Origin: Candidatus Marinacidobacterales bacterium
Lineage (GTDB): Bacteria; Acidobacteriota; Vicinamibacteria; Marinacidobacterales; SMYC01
DNA: 64,000 bases
Direction of reading: 5' to 3'
Assembly: GCA_965224085.1 (NCBI GenBank)
Contig: CBDCYI010000011.1
Coordinates: 192,001-256,000 of the forward strand
Every line of letters begins with the position of its first letter. The first letter of the stretch is position 1. A model generated the notes under the pieces. That model searched no databases, had not been told where the DNA came from, and was given only the letters and a program-made list of their open reading frames with translations. Below, one piece after another: positions 31,332 to 42,951 of this stretch. The position numbers were made by a program, and so were the translations under genes.

Positions 31332-33170
31332 CTATTTGAGCTCGAGAAGAATCCCGCACGCCTCTTCAGCGAATGGGGAATTGGGGTCCAGCTCTATCGC
31401 CTTGTTGAAGGCTTCAGCGCACTCTTGAAATTCTTGCTGGCGGTAGTGTGCCAAGCCTAGGTGATAAAGGACCTCGGCTCTGTCGGGGCGTGCTACCGCG
31501 GCCTCCGTGATGAGTTCCACGGCCCCTTCATAGTCACCACGTTTGTAGAGAATCCAGCCGAGGGTATCGGCGATCTCCGGATCGTCGGGCGCTTCGGCCC
31601 GGGCGATTTCCGCGAGCTCGAATGCCCTTTCGAGCATTCCCTCCTGCTCCTGGTAGATGTAGGCGAGGTTATTTGCCGCAGGTGCGAAGCGTGGACGGAC
31701 GCCTAGAAGTTTTTCATAGGTGTCCTGAGCTGCGGGGACCTGGTTTGACACTTGCTGCACCGTACCTTTGAGCATCATGATGGAGACGTTCTCTGGGTCC
31801 TGCTCCAGGCGGCGCTGAAGCGATACGAGAGCTTCGTCCGCTCGGTTGCTGGCGACAAAGATACTGGTGAGGTGGGCGTAGGCGGCGTACAAATCGGGCT
31901 GAAGCTCCACCGCCTTGAGGAGCGCCGTCTCCGCGTAGTCGAGCTGCTTGGTGGCCATGTACAGCTGTGCCAACAAGAAGTGATGACTTCCTGTGGGATC
32001 GGTTTCCTTCATTTGACGCTGCACTCTATCGAGGGCGCGACCGAAACGCCCCTGCCGGACGTCGAGCCTCGCCATCATGTCCAGCGGCTCGACGTATGCG
32101 GGATCGAGCCGCAGCGATTCCCGAAGGGGCTTTCTGGCTTGTCTGCCCTTGCCTTCGGCTACGAGACTGCGGCCGAGAAGGAAATGCGCCCTGCTGTTGT
32201 CCGAGGCCGCTTCGGCGAAAGAGCGAAACGCTGCGGTGGACTCTTGGTATCTCCGTTCGCCGTAGTAGGCCTGGCCCAGCAAATCGGCGACGGCCACCGA
32301 GGGCTGTCTGCGAGCCAAGTCCTCCAGAGCCGGGATCGCGTCCGTATAGCGGCCCGTTCGAACGTCGAGCTCCGCCAGAAGGTGACTGCGGCAGATGAGT
32401 TGGGCGCCCGCTCCAGAATCGTCTCAAGTGCGGTTCTCGCTTGCTCGGCCTCACCGAGGCGGATGTGCATCTGAGCGAGTCGCAGTTGGGCCGATGTCAT
32501 TTCCGGCCGCCTCTGGACCATGTCTTGGACGACGGCGATCGCTTCACGGAACCGCTCAGTAGCTTCCGCGTTTTCTCCGCGCAGGCGGTGTACGTTCGCC
32601 ATGAGCTGCAGTGCTTCTGGGTTCTTTGGGTTGTTGTCCAGCAGATAGGTCAACGCTTTTTCCGAGCGGTCGAAGTCCTTGTCCCCGAAGCTGTAAGCAG
32701 CGATGCGCTGCCAGGCGGGGAAGAAATCGGGGGCCTCTTCGACGAGGTGGTCGAGCTTGTTGTTAGCGTCCTCTGTTCTCCCGACAAGGCGATAGAAATC
32801 CACGACGCGGATCTGGGCTGCGGAGCGAGTAGGCGCCACTTCGGCAACTTGATCGAACTCCGATGCCGCTTTCTCGAGCTCACGTGTCATTAGATAGAAC
32901 GTTCCGAGCGCGAGGTGTGCATCCGGTGAGTCGGGCTCCCGTCTGGCAGCTTCCTGGAACGCGGCCTCGGCCTCGGCGCTCTCCTGTTTTTGGATATGGA
33001 GCACGCCGCGCGCCAGATGGTACCGGGCCCGCCCTTCGTGCTCGTGCCCGGCCGTATCGAGGCGTAGCATGGCCCGGTCGATCTCTCCAGGTGTAGCGGC
33101 CGTGTCGGCGAAGATTGTGAGAGCATCCAGGTTCCCAGGGCCTTTTTCGAGGATGGCGCCCGCTTCCTCG
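31332..33170 (-). pseudogene. Long TPR protein (PrsT-like), N-terminus lost, frameshift near 32380
   Basis: Tandem TPRs; AANNLAY, IADTLGWILY, YHLGLA. Confidence 0.8.
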
Positions 33171-33716
33171 TGCTGAGGCGGATTCATATAGAGACCGATG
33201 ACATCCGCTGCCTTCTTCTCGAAATCCGGGTCGTTGGACGCTTTGTAATATTCAATTCGGTGTGGCTGTAGACCGTGTTTTTTCCAAGTACGAGCCACCA
33301 TCATGTGATGGATTCCCAGTTTCTTCGCAAGTCGGCGCGTGCTCCAGTGAGTCGAGCCGTCGGTCGGGCTCTTTTGAGTCCACGAAAGAATCCGTGCTTC
33401 CATCCGAGGCGTGAGCACCTGAACCGGACGTCCCTCGTGACGCGAGTACAGACCTGCCAGCCGCTCCTCCAAGAATCGGCGCTTCCACTTGCTGACAAAA
33501 GGCGCCGTGCAGCCTACCCACTGCTGCACCTGCGTGTAGCTCGCACCTTCGTCCAACAAGAGCAACACGCGAGCAATCCGCGCGTCGTCAGCACGACCGC
33601 TACGGCTCGAAACTCGTTTGCCAAGTTCCCTACGTTCCGCTCGAGTCAAAACAACGCTGGTCCTCTCTTGCATGAGAGAAGTATATCACTAAATGCTTAT
33701 TTGTTACAGTCCACTA
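33170..33716 (-). mobile_element. IS630-family element: left end and N-terminal half of transposase, fused in frame to the TPR gene
   Basis: End TAGTGGACTGTAACA; THWSTRRLA, SNDPDFEKKAADVIGLYMNPPQH then homology stops before the DDE domain. Confidence 0.88.
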
Positions 33717-33773
33717 GGATAGGAAAATACACGCCCTTGTAGCAAGCGGGCGGCAGCTTTCGTGGTGGTATAG

Positions 33774-33962
33774 GTCTTTATTCCTTTTGCCGACGGTAAG
33801 CCCGTCTCGGGTCCTGAAGATTTTCTTGGCGGGTGGATGCTCGATCCGACGAAACGCGAAGTCTGGGGAAGGCCCGTGGGCCTTTTGCAGCTTCCCAATG
33901 GGTCGCTCCTGGTTACGGACGATGGCGGCAGGAAGATCTGGCGCGTTTCCTACGGCGGTTGA
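33774..33962 (+). pseudogene. Glucose/sorbosone dehydrogenase C-terminal remnant
   Basis: VFIPFADGKPVSGPEDF...WGRPVG...GSLLVTDDGGRKIWRVSY*. Confidence 0.8.
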
Positions 33963-34036
33963 GCGCGACCGAGCTTTTTGAAGAAGGAAGTCAGGTGGTC
34001 CACCGCGGTCGAGCCCGTCGGTGGACCACTCATTGC

Positions 34037-34100
34037 TCAGTTCGTTGGCGGCTTTAGCTTCTCGAGCACCTGATCGATCGTGAAGCTCGCCGGCGTCTGC
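34037..34100 (-). pseudogene. Probable arylsulfatase C-terminal remnant
   Basis: QTPASFTIDQVLEKL...* resembles a common arylsulfatase tail. Confidence 0.5.
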
Positions 34101-34123
34101 AGAAGAGCACGCGATGAGTGTGG

Positions 34124-35722
34124 CTATCGATTCTTCGAAACCTCTTTTTGCCGGCCGCGCCGTGGTACGGCGACGACGTCATGCTCTCGAAAATACTGGA
34201 TGACGACGTCGGAGACTTTGCCGAGCTCGCGGATCGTCCTGCCTTCGGGAAACGCGTCGTACAAGTCTCCGCCTTCGGCAAGAAAGCCAGAGGCCGCGAC
34301 GGTGACGCGATCCGTCGGCTCAATCGCGCGTCCCTTGCGTGCCACTGAGAGTGAAACGAGGCGTTGCTTTTCCGGCTTGGACAAATCGTACACGACTTCG
34401 AGCCCCGATACTTGTAGCAGGCCTCGCTCGAGCGTGCGGGATTGCTCGAGAACGCGCCGGATCTGATCCTCTGTCAATTCCATCAAGATGATCGCGTCGA
34501 CGAACGGATAGGTGTCCAGAATATCAGCGCGTGTGACGTCGCCTTCGGGCAAGTCCTTTCGCAAGCTGCCGCTGTGGACAACACCGATATCCGCGCCGGA
34601 GACTTCGACGAAGATGTCCGCGAACAGATTGCCGACGTCGGACTCCTCTATATAGCGGCGGTTCATGCGGGCGGCCGTGCGTCCGACTTTTTCGTAGATC
34701 TCACAGTGCGTAGCGCGGTACTTCTCGAGCTTTTCTAGGATGAGGGGGTCCGGTTTCAGTCGTGCGGCGTCGACGGGGATGAGCTTGCCTTCATGGGACG
34801 TGACAGCCCCTGTCTCGCCGTCGAGCGTGAGCTGAAGAAAACCCAAGTGCGTTGCCTGACCGTAGGTCTGCATGATGAGCGTCCCTGTCTCGGGATGTAT
34901 GACGGGCGAGGGTGTGCCGGCATCGGCGTGGCCCGCGAGCAAAACGTCGATCCCTTCGACGGCGCCTGCGAGCGCGATGTCGGCGTCGATATCACGCTGC
35001 AGTCGAGGATCGCTCTCCGCGTCGGTTTGCATCGGCGCCGTTTTCCCTTGATGGTGAGGAGCACGATGAGGTCGACCTCGTCGCGAAGCTCTGCGACCGA
35101 GCGCCGCACCGCCTCTGCCGGATCGGTGACGTCGAGCGGCGCGATGAACGAAGGGATGATAGCGGTTGCGGCATCCTGCCCCATGATGCCGATGACGCCG
35201 ATGCGAACACCGCCTCGTTCGATGATGGCGTGCGGTTGGGCGAAGCGGTGGTCCGTGTCCTTGTAGAAGAAGTTCGCGCCGAGCACGGGAAATGGGGCGC
35301 GGTTTTTCTCCCACGCCAAGATCTCCGTCCCGTATTCGAACTCATGATTGCCATCGCCATCGCGTCGTAGCCCATCGTGATCATCAGCTCGAAGGCGAGC
35401 GCGCCTTCGGTCAGCTTGGCGAGCGCGCCGGTGAAGATATCGCCGGAGTCGAACAAGAAAGTATTGGGGTCGCTCTCCCGCAGCTCTCGGATGAGCGCCG
35501 TCATCTCGGCGATGCCGCCAATCATCGCCAGATCCTCGAGCCAAAAGGCAGGGTCGGATCGTAGGCGCTTTCCACATCGTTGGTGAATAGAAGTGTTACC
35601 GTTTTGTCGGCCGGCTCGTCGGGAAAGGCAAGGCTCGCAAGCGATGCGAGCCCGGCGATCAGTAGCTGCCAAACGCGCGTTCTCACGTGCGCAAGAATAG
35701 GCACTCGCTCGACGCGCCGCAA
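34124..35722 (-). pseudogene. Bifunctional metallophosphatase/5'-nucleotidase, several frameshifts
   Basis: LLFTND, DSGDIFTG, GNHEFEYG, LAGHA, ESDVGNLFAD, LQVSGL spread over several frames. Confidence 0.88.
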
Positions 35723-35880
35723 CGTCGGTCTCGTTTGTTGGCGCTTCGATCGTGTAGGCTAGCGAGCGGGACGGAAGCCGCCGCGATGAGCATCGCGCCT
35801 GTGCAAAGGCTTTGAATGGCGAGCTTCCTAGATTCTCTCCCGTGCTCCATATTGGGATGCTGCGCGCGCCGAGTCTTAGC

Positions 35881-36573
35881 TCAGCCGCTCGGCGCGGCTC
35901 GCAGGAAGCTGCGCATTCCCGTCATCAGTACGGCCACCGAAATGGCCCCGCAGACGAAGCCCCAGAACCAATAGGGGAGCAAGAGCGCCTCTGCCATCTG
36001 GGCGACGTCTGACGGGCCGACCCCGGTCGATTGCGTGAAGAGATAGTCGCCGCGCGAGAAGACACTGAGGCTCAGCTGTACGGCCATGAACGCGAGGACG
36101 ACTTGCGCCGCATGAGGGCTCGACTTCACCGCCAAGACGACCGAGCCGGCGCCGAGCGCGCCGACGAGAAACCATCCGACAGGGTTTCGTACGACGAGCA
36201 CGAGCGCCACGAGACTCGCGACCCCAAAGATCATGAGGCCGGCATGCGCGGTTTTAGGTCGCTTGGCGAGCCAGAAAAACACCGCCGCGAGAAGAGCAGG
36301 TCCCACCAATCCACCCGCGGACGTGGCCGCGCGGGCGAGCCGGCTATCCGGGATGCCCAAATAAGCGACGCCCGAGCCGTCTGCGAATATGACGAGCGAC
36401 TCGAATGTGCCCCCCACCAGGAGGGCGGTCAGCCCATGGCCCATTTCGTGGGCGTAGGTCGAGAGCAGCAAAAGTGGATAGGCAACGTAGCGCCCATAGG
36501 GCACCACGTAGAGAGCTAACGTACCGACGATGGCGCCCGCAAGAATCCAGGGCGCCTTGTTCTTTTTCGACAC
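35881..36573 (-). CDS. Peptidase M50B-like membrane metalloprotease
   Basis: AHEMGH, DGSG, AGGLVGP, SDVAQM. Confidence 0.88.
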   Translation of the reverse strand: MSKKNKAPWILAGAIVGTLALYVVPYGRYVAYPLLLLSTYAHEMGHGLTALLVGGTFESLVIFADGSGVAYLGIPDSRLARAATSAGGLVGPALLAAVFFWLAKRPKTAHAGLMIFGVASLVALVLVVRNPVGWFLVGALGAGSVVLAVKSSPHAAQVVLAFMAVQLSLSVFSRGDYLFTQSTGVGPSDVAQMAEALLLPYWFWGFVCGAISVAVLMTGMRSFLRAAPSG

Positions 36574-36591
36574 AGGCGGTGCGCGCGTCGA

Positions 36592-37749
36592 TCAGGAAAT
36601 CATGATCGTGCGCGGATGCTGGGAGTTGTCTTCCAAGAAAGTCTTCTTGTTCGCGAGGTCTTCGCGAACCGGCTGGACCCGACCTTCTGTATCCGTTGCC
36701 CTCGAGACCAACGTATGCTCTCCAGGGCGTGCGCCCGTCCAAATATACGTGAAGAGCTTCCACGCATATTTGCCGGCCGAGGGCTCCATCGACGCTTTTT
36801 GCCACGGGCCGTCATCGACGCGCACCTCGACGGATTCGAGCGGCGTCCCGTCGTTCAAGACGAAACCGAGCGCTTTGTACGTGTCGCCCTCGCGGCTCAC
36901 GCGGGCGATGACCGACTTCACTCGCATGTGGGTGATGGCGGACTCTTTCCATTTCATTTCGCCGCCGACCATCTCACCGCGCAACGTGCGGTACCAGCGT
37001 GCCTGGTACTTACCGAGATAAGGATCGTGCTGCAGATGGATGTTCGCGAGCCACTTCACGTTGGGGGCGCCGTACCAGCCCGGCATGATGAGGCGCAGCG
37101 GAAAACCCTGGTGGACACTCAGCGGCGCGCCGTTCATTTCGGTGGCAATGAAGGGCTCCGGCGTCATCGCTTTGTCAACGGTGATGCTGCGGCCATAATG
37201 CTGTTCGACTTCGTATTTTCGGCCGCGGAACTCCACTTCCTCTGTGCCGCTATCGGCGCCGAAGAAAACCACCTCGTGTGCGTTGTCTTTGACGCCGACT
37301 TTGTTCAAAGCGTCACGAAGCCGGACACCTTTGAAGCGCCCGTTCGAGGCGAGAGCCTGCATAGCGCGGGCGCTGTTGCCGGAGCATTCGAATCCCGCGG
37401 CGAGCTCGGTCTCACCGATCGCCTTGAGCTCGTCGATCGAAAAATCCGTCGGGCGCTCGACCATCCCGCTCACTTTGAGGTGAAACGTCGAGGCATCGAT
37501 CTGTGGATGCCCATGGTGCTGGGTCGTGAAGAACTCGTTGGCGGGAGTGTAGGGGCCGTCGATTTTGCGAATATCGTAGAAACGCCTCGTCGGGCCACGA
37601 TCGGTCTTCCACCCGTCCGGGTAATCGGTGAACGGGACGAGCTCTTCGCCTTGGGCGAGAGCGGGGAAGGCCCATTCAGGTAGGGCAAGAGCGCCTAGTC
37701 CGGCCACGCTTCCTCGGAGGATGTCGCGTCGTGTCAGCTCGTTCGTCAC
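36592..37749 (-). CDS. Sulfite oxidase-family molybdoenzyme, Tat-exported
   Basis: TRRDIL Tat motif; ECSGN, GFPLRLIMPGWYG..NVKWL, SRATD. Confidence 0.9.
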   Translation of the reverse strand: MTNELTRRDILRGSVAGLGALALPEWAFPALAQGEELVPFTDYPDGWKTDRGPTRRFYDIRKIDGPYTPANEFFTTQHHGHPQIDASTFHLKVSGMVERPTDFSIDELKAIGETELAAGFECSGNSARAMQALASNGRFKGVRLRDALNKVGVKDNAHEVVFFGADSGTEEVEFRGRKYEVEQHYGRSITVDKAMTPEPFIATEMNGAPLSVHQGFPLRLIMPGWYGAPNVKWLANIHLQHDPYLGKYQARWYRTLRGEMVGGEMKWKESAITHMRVKSVIARVSREGDTYKALGFVLNDGTPLESVEVRVDDGPWQKASMEPSAGKYAWKLFTYIWTGARPGEHTLVSRATDTEGRVQPVREDLANKKTFLEDNSQHPRTIMIS

Positions 37750-37884
37750 GAGTCCCGTCTCCCTTTTCAGGCTAGTTTCGCGAAACGCAGTTTTATCACG
37801 ATCGCCCTTGACGGTGCCAGCAAGGCCAATAAGAGTCGACGGGTTGACCCTTCATCCGTACGTTGCCAGTTTTGAGACGAGCCT

Positions 37885-39342
37885 TCAAGATTGACATTGT
37901 TCCCGTTTTGGTGCCGGTACCCGAGGCCGTCGGAACGCGGGCTTTCCGCTCCCGGGCTCTCCCACGACGCGCCCCTCTTCGTAAACGATCGCGCCGCGGC
38001 GGATCGTTGTGACGGGCCAGCCCTTGACGGCCCACCCTTCGAAGGGCGTGTAGTCCGAGCGCGACGGGTCGTCCGCAGCACTTGCGATACGCTCGAGCTC
38101 GGGATCGAGGATCGCCAAATCGGCGATCGAGCCCTCGCGCAGCACGCCTCGCTCCGGGTAGAGGCCGAAGGTTTTCGCGGCCTTCGTCGATGTGACCTCG
38201 ACGAAGCGCTCCTCGGTAAGACGCCCCTTGCGGACACCTTCGGAAAAGAGAACGGGGAGCATGAAACGGAGGTCGCTCACACCAGGCCGCAGCCGACCGA
38301 TATCGAGCTCGGGATCCAACTTCTGCGCCCGGGTCCAAGGCGCGTGATCGGTAGCGAGGAAACTGATCCGGCCGTCCACGAGACCGCGCCACATCGCGTC
38401 GACGTCGGTCGCCGAGCGCAAGGGGGGCTGCCCGACATAGAGCGGACCCTCCTCTCCTGCGAGCCGCTCTTCCGTGAAATAGAGGTAGAGAGGCCGGGTC
38501 TCGATCGTGAGGGGCAAGCCAGCGACGCGGCGCGCCGCGTCGAGGGATCGCTTAGATGAAAGATGCACCAAGTGCATGGGAGCGAGTGTGTACTCGCATA
38601 GCGCCACGGCTTCCGCGGTGGCGGCTACTTCTGCGATCTCGGGACGGCTCTCCGCGTAGTGTCGCAACGACGTCCGGCCTTCAGCGCGAAGGCGCTCGAG
38701 CGTCGCGCGCAGCAGAACGCCGTCTTCGCAGTGCATCAGGGTGACGACCCCGGCATCCCGCGCAGCTTCGAGGAGTGCCACGAACGCCGCCCGGTGCTCG
38801 CCGAAATCGGCTCGCGTCATGAAGACCTTGTGGCTCGGCTGACCCAAGGCCGCGAGCTCGGGCATGAGCGCCGCGAAGTTCGGGCTCGGCGGCCAGGTCG
38901 AAGCGTGAAAGAAGACATCACAAAGCGCGCTCTTCCCGACTTCACCGAGCCATCGCTTCATCGCGTCTACCGCGTCCTCACCGTCTTCCGGATAGGCAAA
39001 AGTGCCCACCGTGGTGATGCCGCCCGCTACCGCCGCGGCGGTACCCGTGGTGAGGTCGTCAACGAAGGAACCTTGGAGATGCGTGTGAGGGTCGATGCCG
39101 CCGGGGATGACGAGCTGGTCGGTGGCATCGAGGACGCGCGCGCCGGCGGGGATGTCGAGCGCGGGCCCGATCTCCGCGATGAGCTCGCCCGATAGGCGCA
39201 AGTCGGCCATTTGGCTTCCATCGGCGTTGACCACGCGTCCCCCGCGGATGACGATCTCCGTCGAGGTTTGAGTGGCTGAAGTGCGGGCCATCCATCCGGT
39301 GGCGGCTGCGCCTATGTGGTGGAGTGCCTCACGCCGGTTCAT
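37885..39342 (-). CDS. Dihydropyrimidinase/hydantoinase-type amidohydrolase
   Basis: PGGIDPHTH, GGITT, KVFM, HCED, ATDHAP; NRREAL leader. Confidence 0.88.
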   Translation of the reverse strand: MNRREALHHIGAAATGWMARTSATQTSTEIVIRGGRVVNADGSQMADLRLSGELIAEIGPALDIPAGARVLDATDQLVIPGGIDPHTHLQGSFVDDLTTGTAAAVAGGITTVGTFAYPEDGEDAVDAMKRWLGEVGKSALCDVFFHASTWPPSPNFAALMPELAALGQPSHKVFMTRADFGEHRAAFVALLEAARDAGVVTLMHCEDGVLLRATLERLRAEGRTSLRHYAESRPEIAEVAATAEAVALCEYTLAPMHLVHLSSKRSLDAARRVAGLPLTIETRPLYLYFTEERLAGEEGPLYVGQPPLRSATDVDAMWRGLVDGRISFLATDHAPWTRAQKLDPELDIGRLRPGVSDLRFMLPVLFSEGVRKGRLTEERFVEVTSTKAAKTFGLYPERGVLREGSIADLAILDPELERIASAADDPSRSDYTPFEGWAVKGWPVTTIRRGAIVYEEGRVVGEPGSGKPAFRRPRVPAPKREQCQS

Positions 39343-39389
39343 GGCAGGATGAATTGTGTCATGCTACGCCTCAAGTTGCGCACTACGTT

Positions 39390-39907
39390 CGCCGTATTGG
39401 CAGCCTTATTTGCGACGCGCGGTGTTGGAGCCACTGGGGATGGTGGACAGCTCGTTCGTCTGGGAGGAGCGGTTCGAAGCCGTGCACGCGTCGCCTCACG
39501 ACGGAGACGGCACGGCGAGAGCGAAGTGGCGTCCGCGCGAAGCTCTCGCTGCGGGCACACTCCAAACGACGGCCGTCGACTACGCTCGTTTTCTTCGAGC
39601 GGTGTTGACCGATGGGCTCCTCGGAAAAGAGGCCACGGAGCAGATGCTCGCGCCGCAGAGCAAGATCGACGATGAGCTGGGTTGATCGCTCGGATGGGGC
39701 GTCGAAACGACAGAAGACGAGACGGTGTTCTGGCAGTGGGGTGACGATGGGCCGCTCAAGGCGTTCGCGGCAGGCTCGAGCGCGCGGCGGACGGCAGTCG
39801 TTGTGCTCACGAACGGACAGTGGGGGCTCGACGCAGCCCGTCCTGTCATTGAGCACGTGCTTGGGCACCGACCGTTTCTCGATTTCAGAATGGTGAACTA
39901 TCGCTAA
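39390..39907 (+). pseudogene. Serine hydrolase (beta-lactamase family) C-terminal remnant with internal TGA at 39683
   Basis: VLEPLGMVDSSF, TTAVDYARFL, G*SLGWG, FWQWGD, VVLTN. Confidence 0.8.
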
Positions 39908-39929
39908 CCGACCCATAGAGGAATAGTAA

Positions 39930-41855
39930 ATGCAACTTGGTATTTCTTGGATTTTGATGTTCTTTTTCCTTTCATCCGCTTTACCCGTTGCCTGGGCGCA
40001 GGTCCCGCCACCGCCGGACGGCGCCGAGGCACTATCCGACCAATACTCGGGCCGTGCCTACTCACCCTACGCCGGCCGTGGGTTTCCGAGCCGCCCTTTC
40101 TGGGGAGACACGCATCTACACACCAGTTTGTCGATGGATGCGGGTGCTTTCGGAAATCGTCTCGGCCTCGACGCGGCCTATCAGTTCGCGCGCGGCGAAG
40201 AGGTCATTTCCTCGACAGGGCTGAAAGTGAAGCTGTCGCGGCCGCTCGACTTTCTCGTCATTGCGGATCACTCGGACAACATGGGCTTTTTCCCCGATCT
40301 TTTCGCAGGCAAGGCTTTCATTCTCGAGGACCCGACGGGTAAGGATTGGTACGACCGAGTCATGGCTGGCGAGGGTGTCGGGGTGGCGCTCGAGCTCATC
40401 GCCAAGTTCTCGCAAGGTGAGTTCCCGGAAGCGCTGTCCTACACGCCGGATTCTGCTCCTTACAAATCCGCGTGGTCCAAGACGGTCGATGCGGCGGAAC
40501 AGTTCAACGACCCTGGCCAGTTCACGGCGTTCATCGGCTACGAGTGGACGTCACTCGTCCGCGGCAACAACATGCACCGCGTTGTCATCTATCGCGACGG
40601 TGGTGACAAAGGTCATCAGATGGTTCCGTTTACGACCTACCCGCCGATGGGCAGCAGCAACCCGCGCGATCTGTGGAAGTGGCTCACCGACTTCGAAGAG
40701 AAAACCGGAGGCGACGTGCTCGCCATCGCGCATAACGGGAACCTCGCCAACGGCATCATGTTCCCGCTCGAAGCGCAGTACGACGGCGTGGTGCTCGACG
40801 ACGTCTACGTCAATGAGCGCGCCAAGTGGGAGCCGCTCTACGAAGCAACACAGATAAAAGGCGACGGTGAGACGCACCCGTTTTTGTCGCCCGATGACGA
40901 GTTCGCGGACTACGAAACGTGGGCCGTCGGGAACCTCGATGTCTCCGTGGCTAAAACGAATGACATGCTCGCAGGCGAATATGCTCGCGAAGCGCTGAAG
41001 CGCGGGCTGGCGATCGAAAGAGAGCTCGGTATCAACCCGTACAAGTTTGGAATGATCGGCTCGACCGACAGCCACACCTCGCTTGCGACGGCGCAAGAAG
41101 ACAACTTCTTCGGCAAACATGCCGGCTACGAGCCCAACCCCGATCGGATGAGCCATCCGTTCATGCAAACGGATTCGGGCACGATCTTCGGGTGGCAGCA
41201 AGTTGCTTCGGGACTCGCAGCCGTGTGGGCGACGGAGAACACGCGCGCGGCCCTCTTCGACGCCTTGGAGCGCAAAGAGGTCTACGCGACGACGGGCTCG
41301 CGCATGGGTGTGCGCTTGTTCGGCGGCTGGGAGTTTACCGAGCGGGATTTGAACAGCCGCCAGCCCGCCTTCGCTGGGTATGACAAAGGCGTCGCTATGG
41401 GCGGCGATCTTCGCGCGCGACCAAGCGGCGCTTCGACGCCCACTTTCATGGTCTATGCGCTGCGCGATCCGATCGGAGCGAATTTGGACCGCATCCAAAT
41501 CATCAAGGGCTGGATGGACGCACAAGGGACCACGCATGAAAAAGTCTACGATGTCGCCTGGTGGGGCGATCGCTAGGCAGGTGGAGACGGGAAACTTCCT
41601 TCGGTGGGGAACACAGTGGATGCGGCCAACGCGAATTGGGCGAACACGATTGGCGCTCCCGAGCTTGGTGCCGTTTGGAGCGATCCCGATTTCGACGGAG
41701 CACAAAAAGCGTTTTACTACGCAAGAGTGATCGAGATCCCGACGCCGCGCTGGTCGACTTATGACGCGTTTCGGCTCGGCGTTCCCTTGCCGGAGGACGC
41801 TCCGACGTCGACACAAGAGCGGGCCTACACGGCACCCATCTGGTACACGCCGTAG
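39930..41855 (+). pseudogene. DUF3604 secreted PHP-like protein, in-frame TAG at 41574-41576
   Basis: [27 protein letters not shown]; continues in frame to [14 protein letters not shown]...[11 protein letters not shown]. Confidence 0.9.
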
Positions 41856-41878
41856 GTGGACGCGGGCAAGTTGAAAGC

Positions 41879-42661
41879 GTGACGTCGAGCCGGGCCAATT
41901 GTCCGAAGTGCGGCGCCGAAGCGCTCGGGAAGTTTTGCAACCAGTGCGGTGAGCCACTCGGTTCGGTTTGCAAGGCGTGCGGCGCCGAAGCGCCGCCCAG
42001 ATCGCGCTTTTGTCCCGAGTGTGGGGCGTCTTTCAAGGGAGGAACGCCGAAGAAGGCGCCGGTGGTGTCCTCCTCGCGAGACGCGTTGGTGACGCCGTGG
42101 ACGGTAGCTGGTGGCTTCGGGATGGTGCTTGCGGCCGTCGGGGCGTTCTTGATTCTAGACCGCGAAAGTGCGCCGCCACCGCCGCGTTCGAGCGCCCCCG
42201 CTGCGGGCCTCGCGACGAACGCCCCGCAGGATATTTCATCTTTGTCGCCGCAGGAGGCTGCCGAGCGGCTCTTCAATCGGATCATGGCGGCTTCTGAGCA
42301 AGGCGACTTGGGTGAAGCCCAGAGATTCGTGCCCATGGCGCTTCAAGCTTATGGCCAGCTGGGCGTGCTCGACAATGATGGCCACTACCACGTTGGTCTG
42401 CTCCACGTAACCATAGGCGACACCGATAGCGCTCACGCCGAGCTCGACGCGATCCGCCAATCGGTGCCCAACCATCTTCTCGGCATCCAGCTCGAGCATG
42501 CGATGGCGCAGGCGCTCGGTGACGAAGATCGGGTGATAGAGGTCTATCGCCGTTTTCTCGACGTTTACGACGTAGAGATCGCCACGGGTAGAGCGGAATA
42601 TCAGGGGCATCGGAGAGGCATCGACGGGTTTCGAGACCGCGCTGCCGCCGCGGTCCCATGA
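41879..42661 (+). CDS. Double zinc ribbon + TM + helical/TPR-like protein
   Basis: Four CxxC pairs (CPKC, CNQC, CKAC, CPEC), then a TM helix. Confidence 0.75.
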   Translation: MTSSRANCPKCGAEALGKFCNQCGEPLGSVCKACGAEAPPRSRFCPECGASFKGGTPKKAPVVSSSRDALVTPWTVAGGFGMVLAAVGAFLILDRESAPPPPRSSAPAAGLATNAPQDISSLSPQEAAERLFNRIMAASEQGDLGEAQRFVPMALQAYGQLGVLDNDGHYHVGLLHVTIGDTDSAHAELDAIRQSVPNHLLGIQLEHAMAQALGDEDRVIEVYRRFLDVYDVEIATGRAEYQGHRRGIDGFRDRAAAAVP

Positions 42662-42669
42662 GGTGACTA

Positions 42670-42867
42670 GTGAAACCGAAAACTATTTGTGCCATAGCTC
42701 TTATTACCGGGCTGGCCACGTCCGAAGCCGACGACTGGCATCAGTGGGGCGGACCCGAACGTAATTTTCACGTATCGTCGGCCGGACTCGACGCGTCGTG
42801 GGGGCCGGACGGCCCCGAAAGGCTGTGGAGCCGTGCGCTCGGAGAGGGCTATTCGAGTATCGTCCTT
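42670..42867 (+). pseudogene. PQQ-like beta-propeller protein N-terminal remnant
   Basis: Signal peptide, DWHQWGGPERN, LWSRALGEGYSS then homology stops. Confidence 0.75.
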
Positions 42868-42951
42868 GAGAAATCACGCTCGGCTCTGACCGCAAACAGG
42901 AAGTTTTCGGCAACCAACGCCTCGATCTTCCGCCAATGCGCCATCTGCGAG

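Noticed and set aside
14032-41576. Genetic-code reassignment of TAG
   Set aside because: TAG terminates several intact genes here (e.g. 6185, 10574, 62158); no pyl genes seen
40551-41957. Long antisense ORFs (also 21407-22408, 22483-23742, 36616-37683, 58187-59503)
   Set aside because: Opposite well-supported genes in high-GC DNA; no motifs
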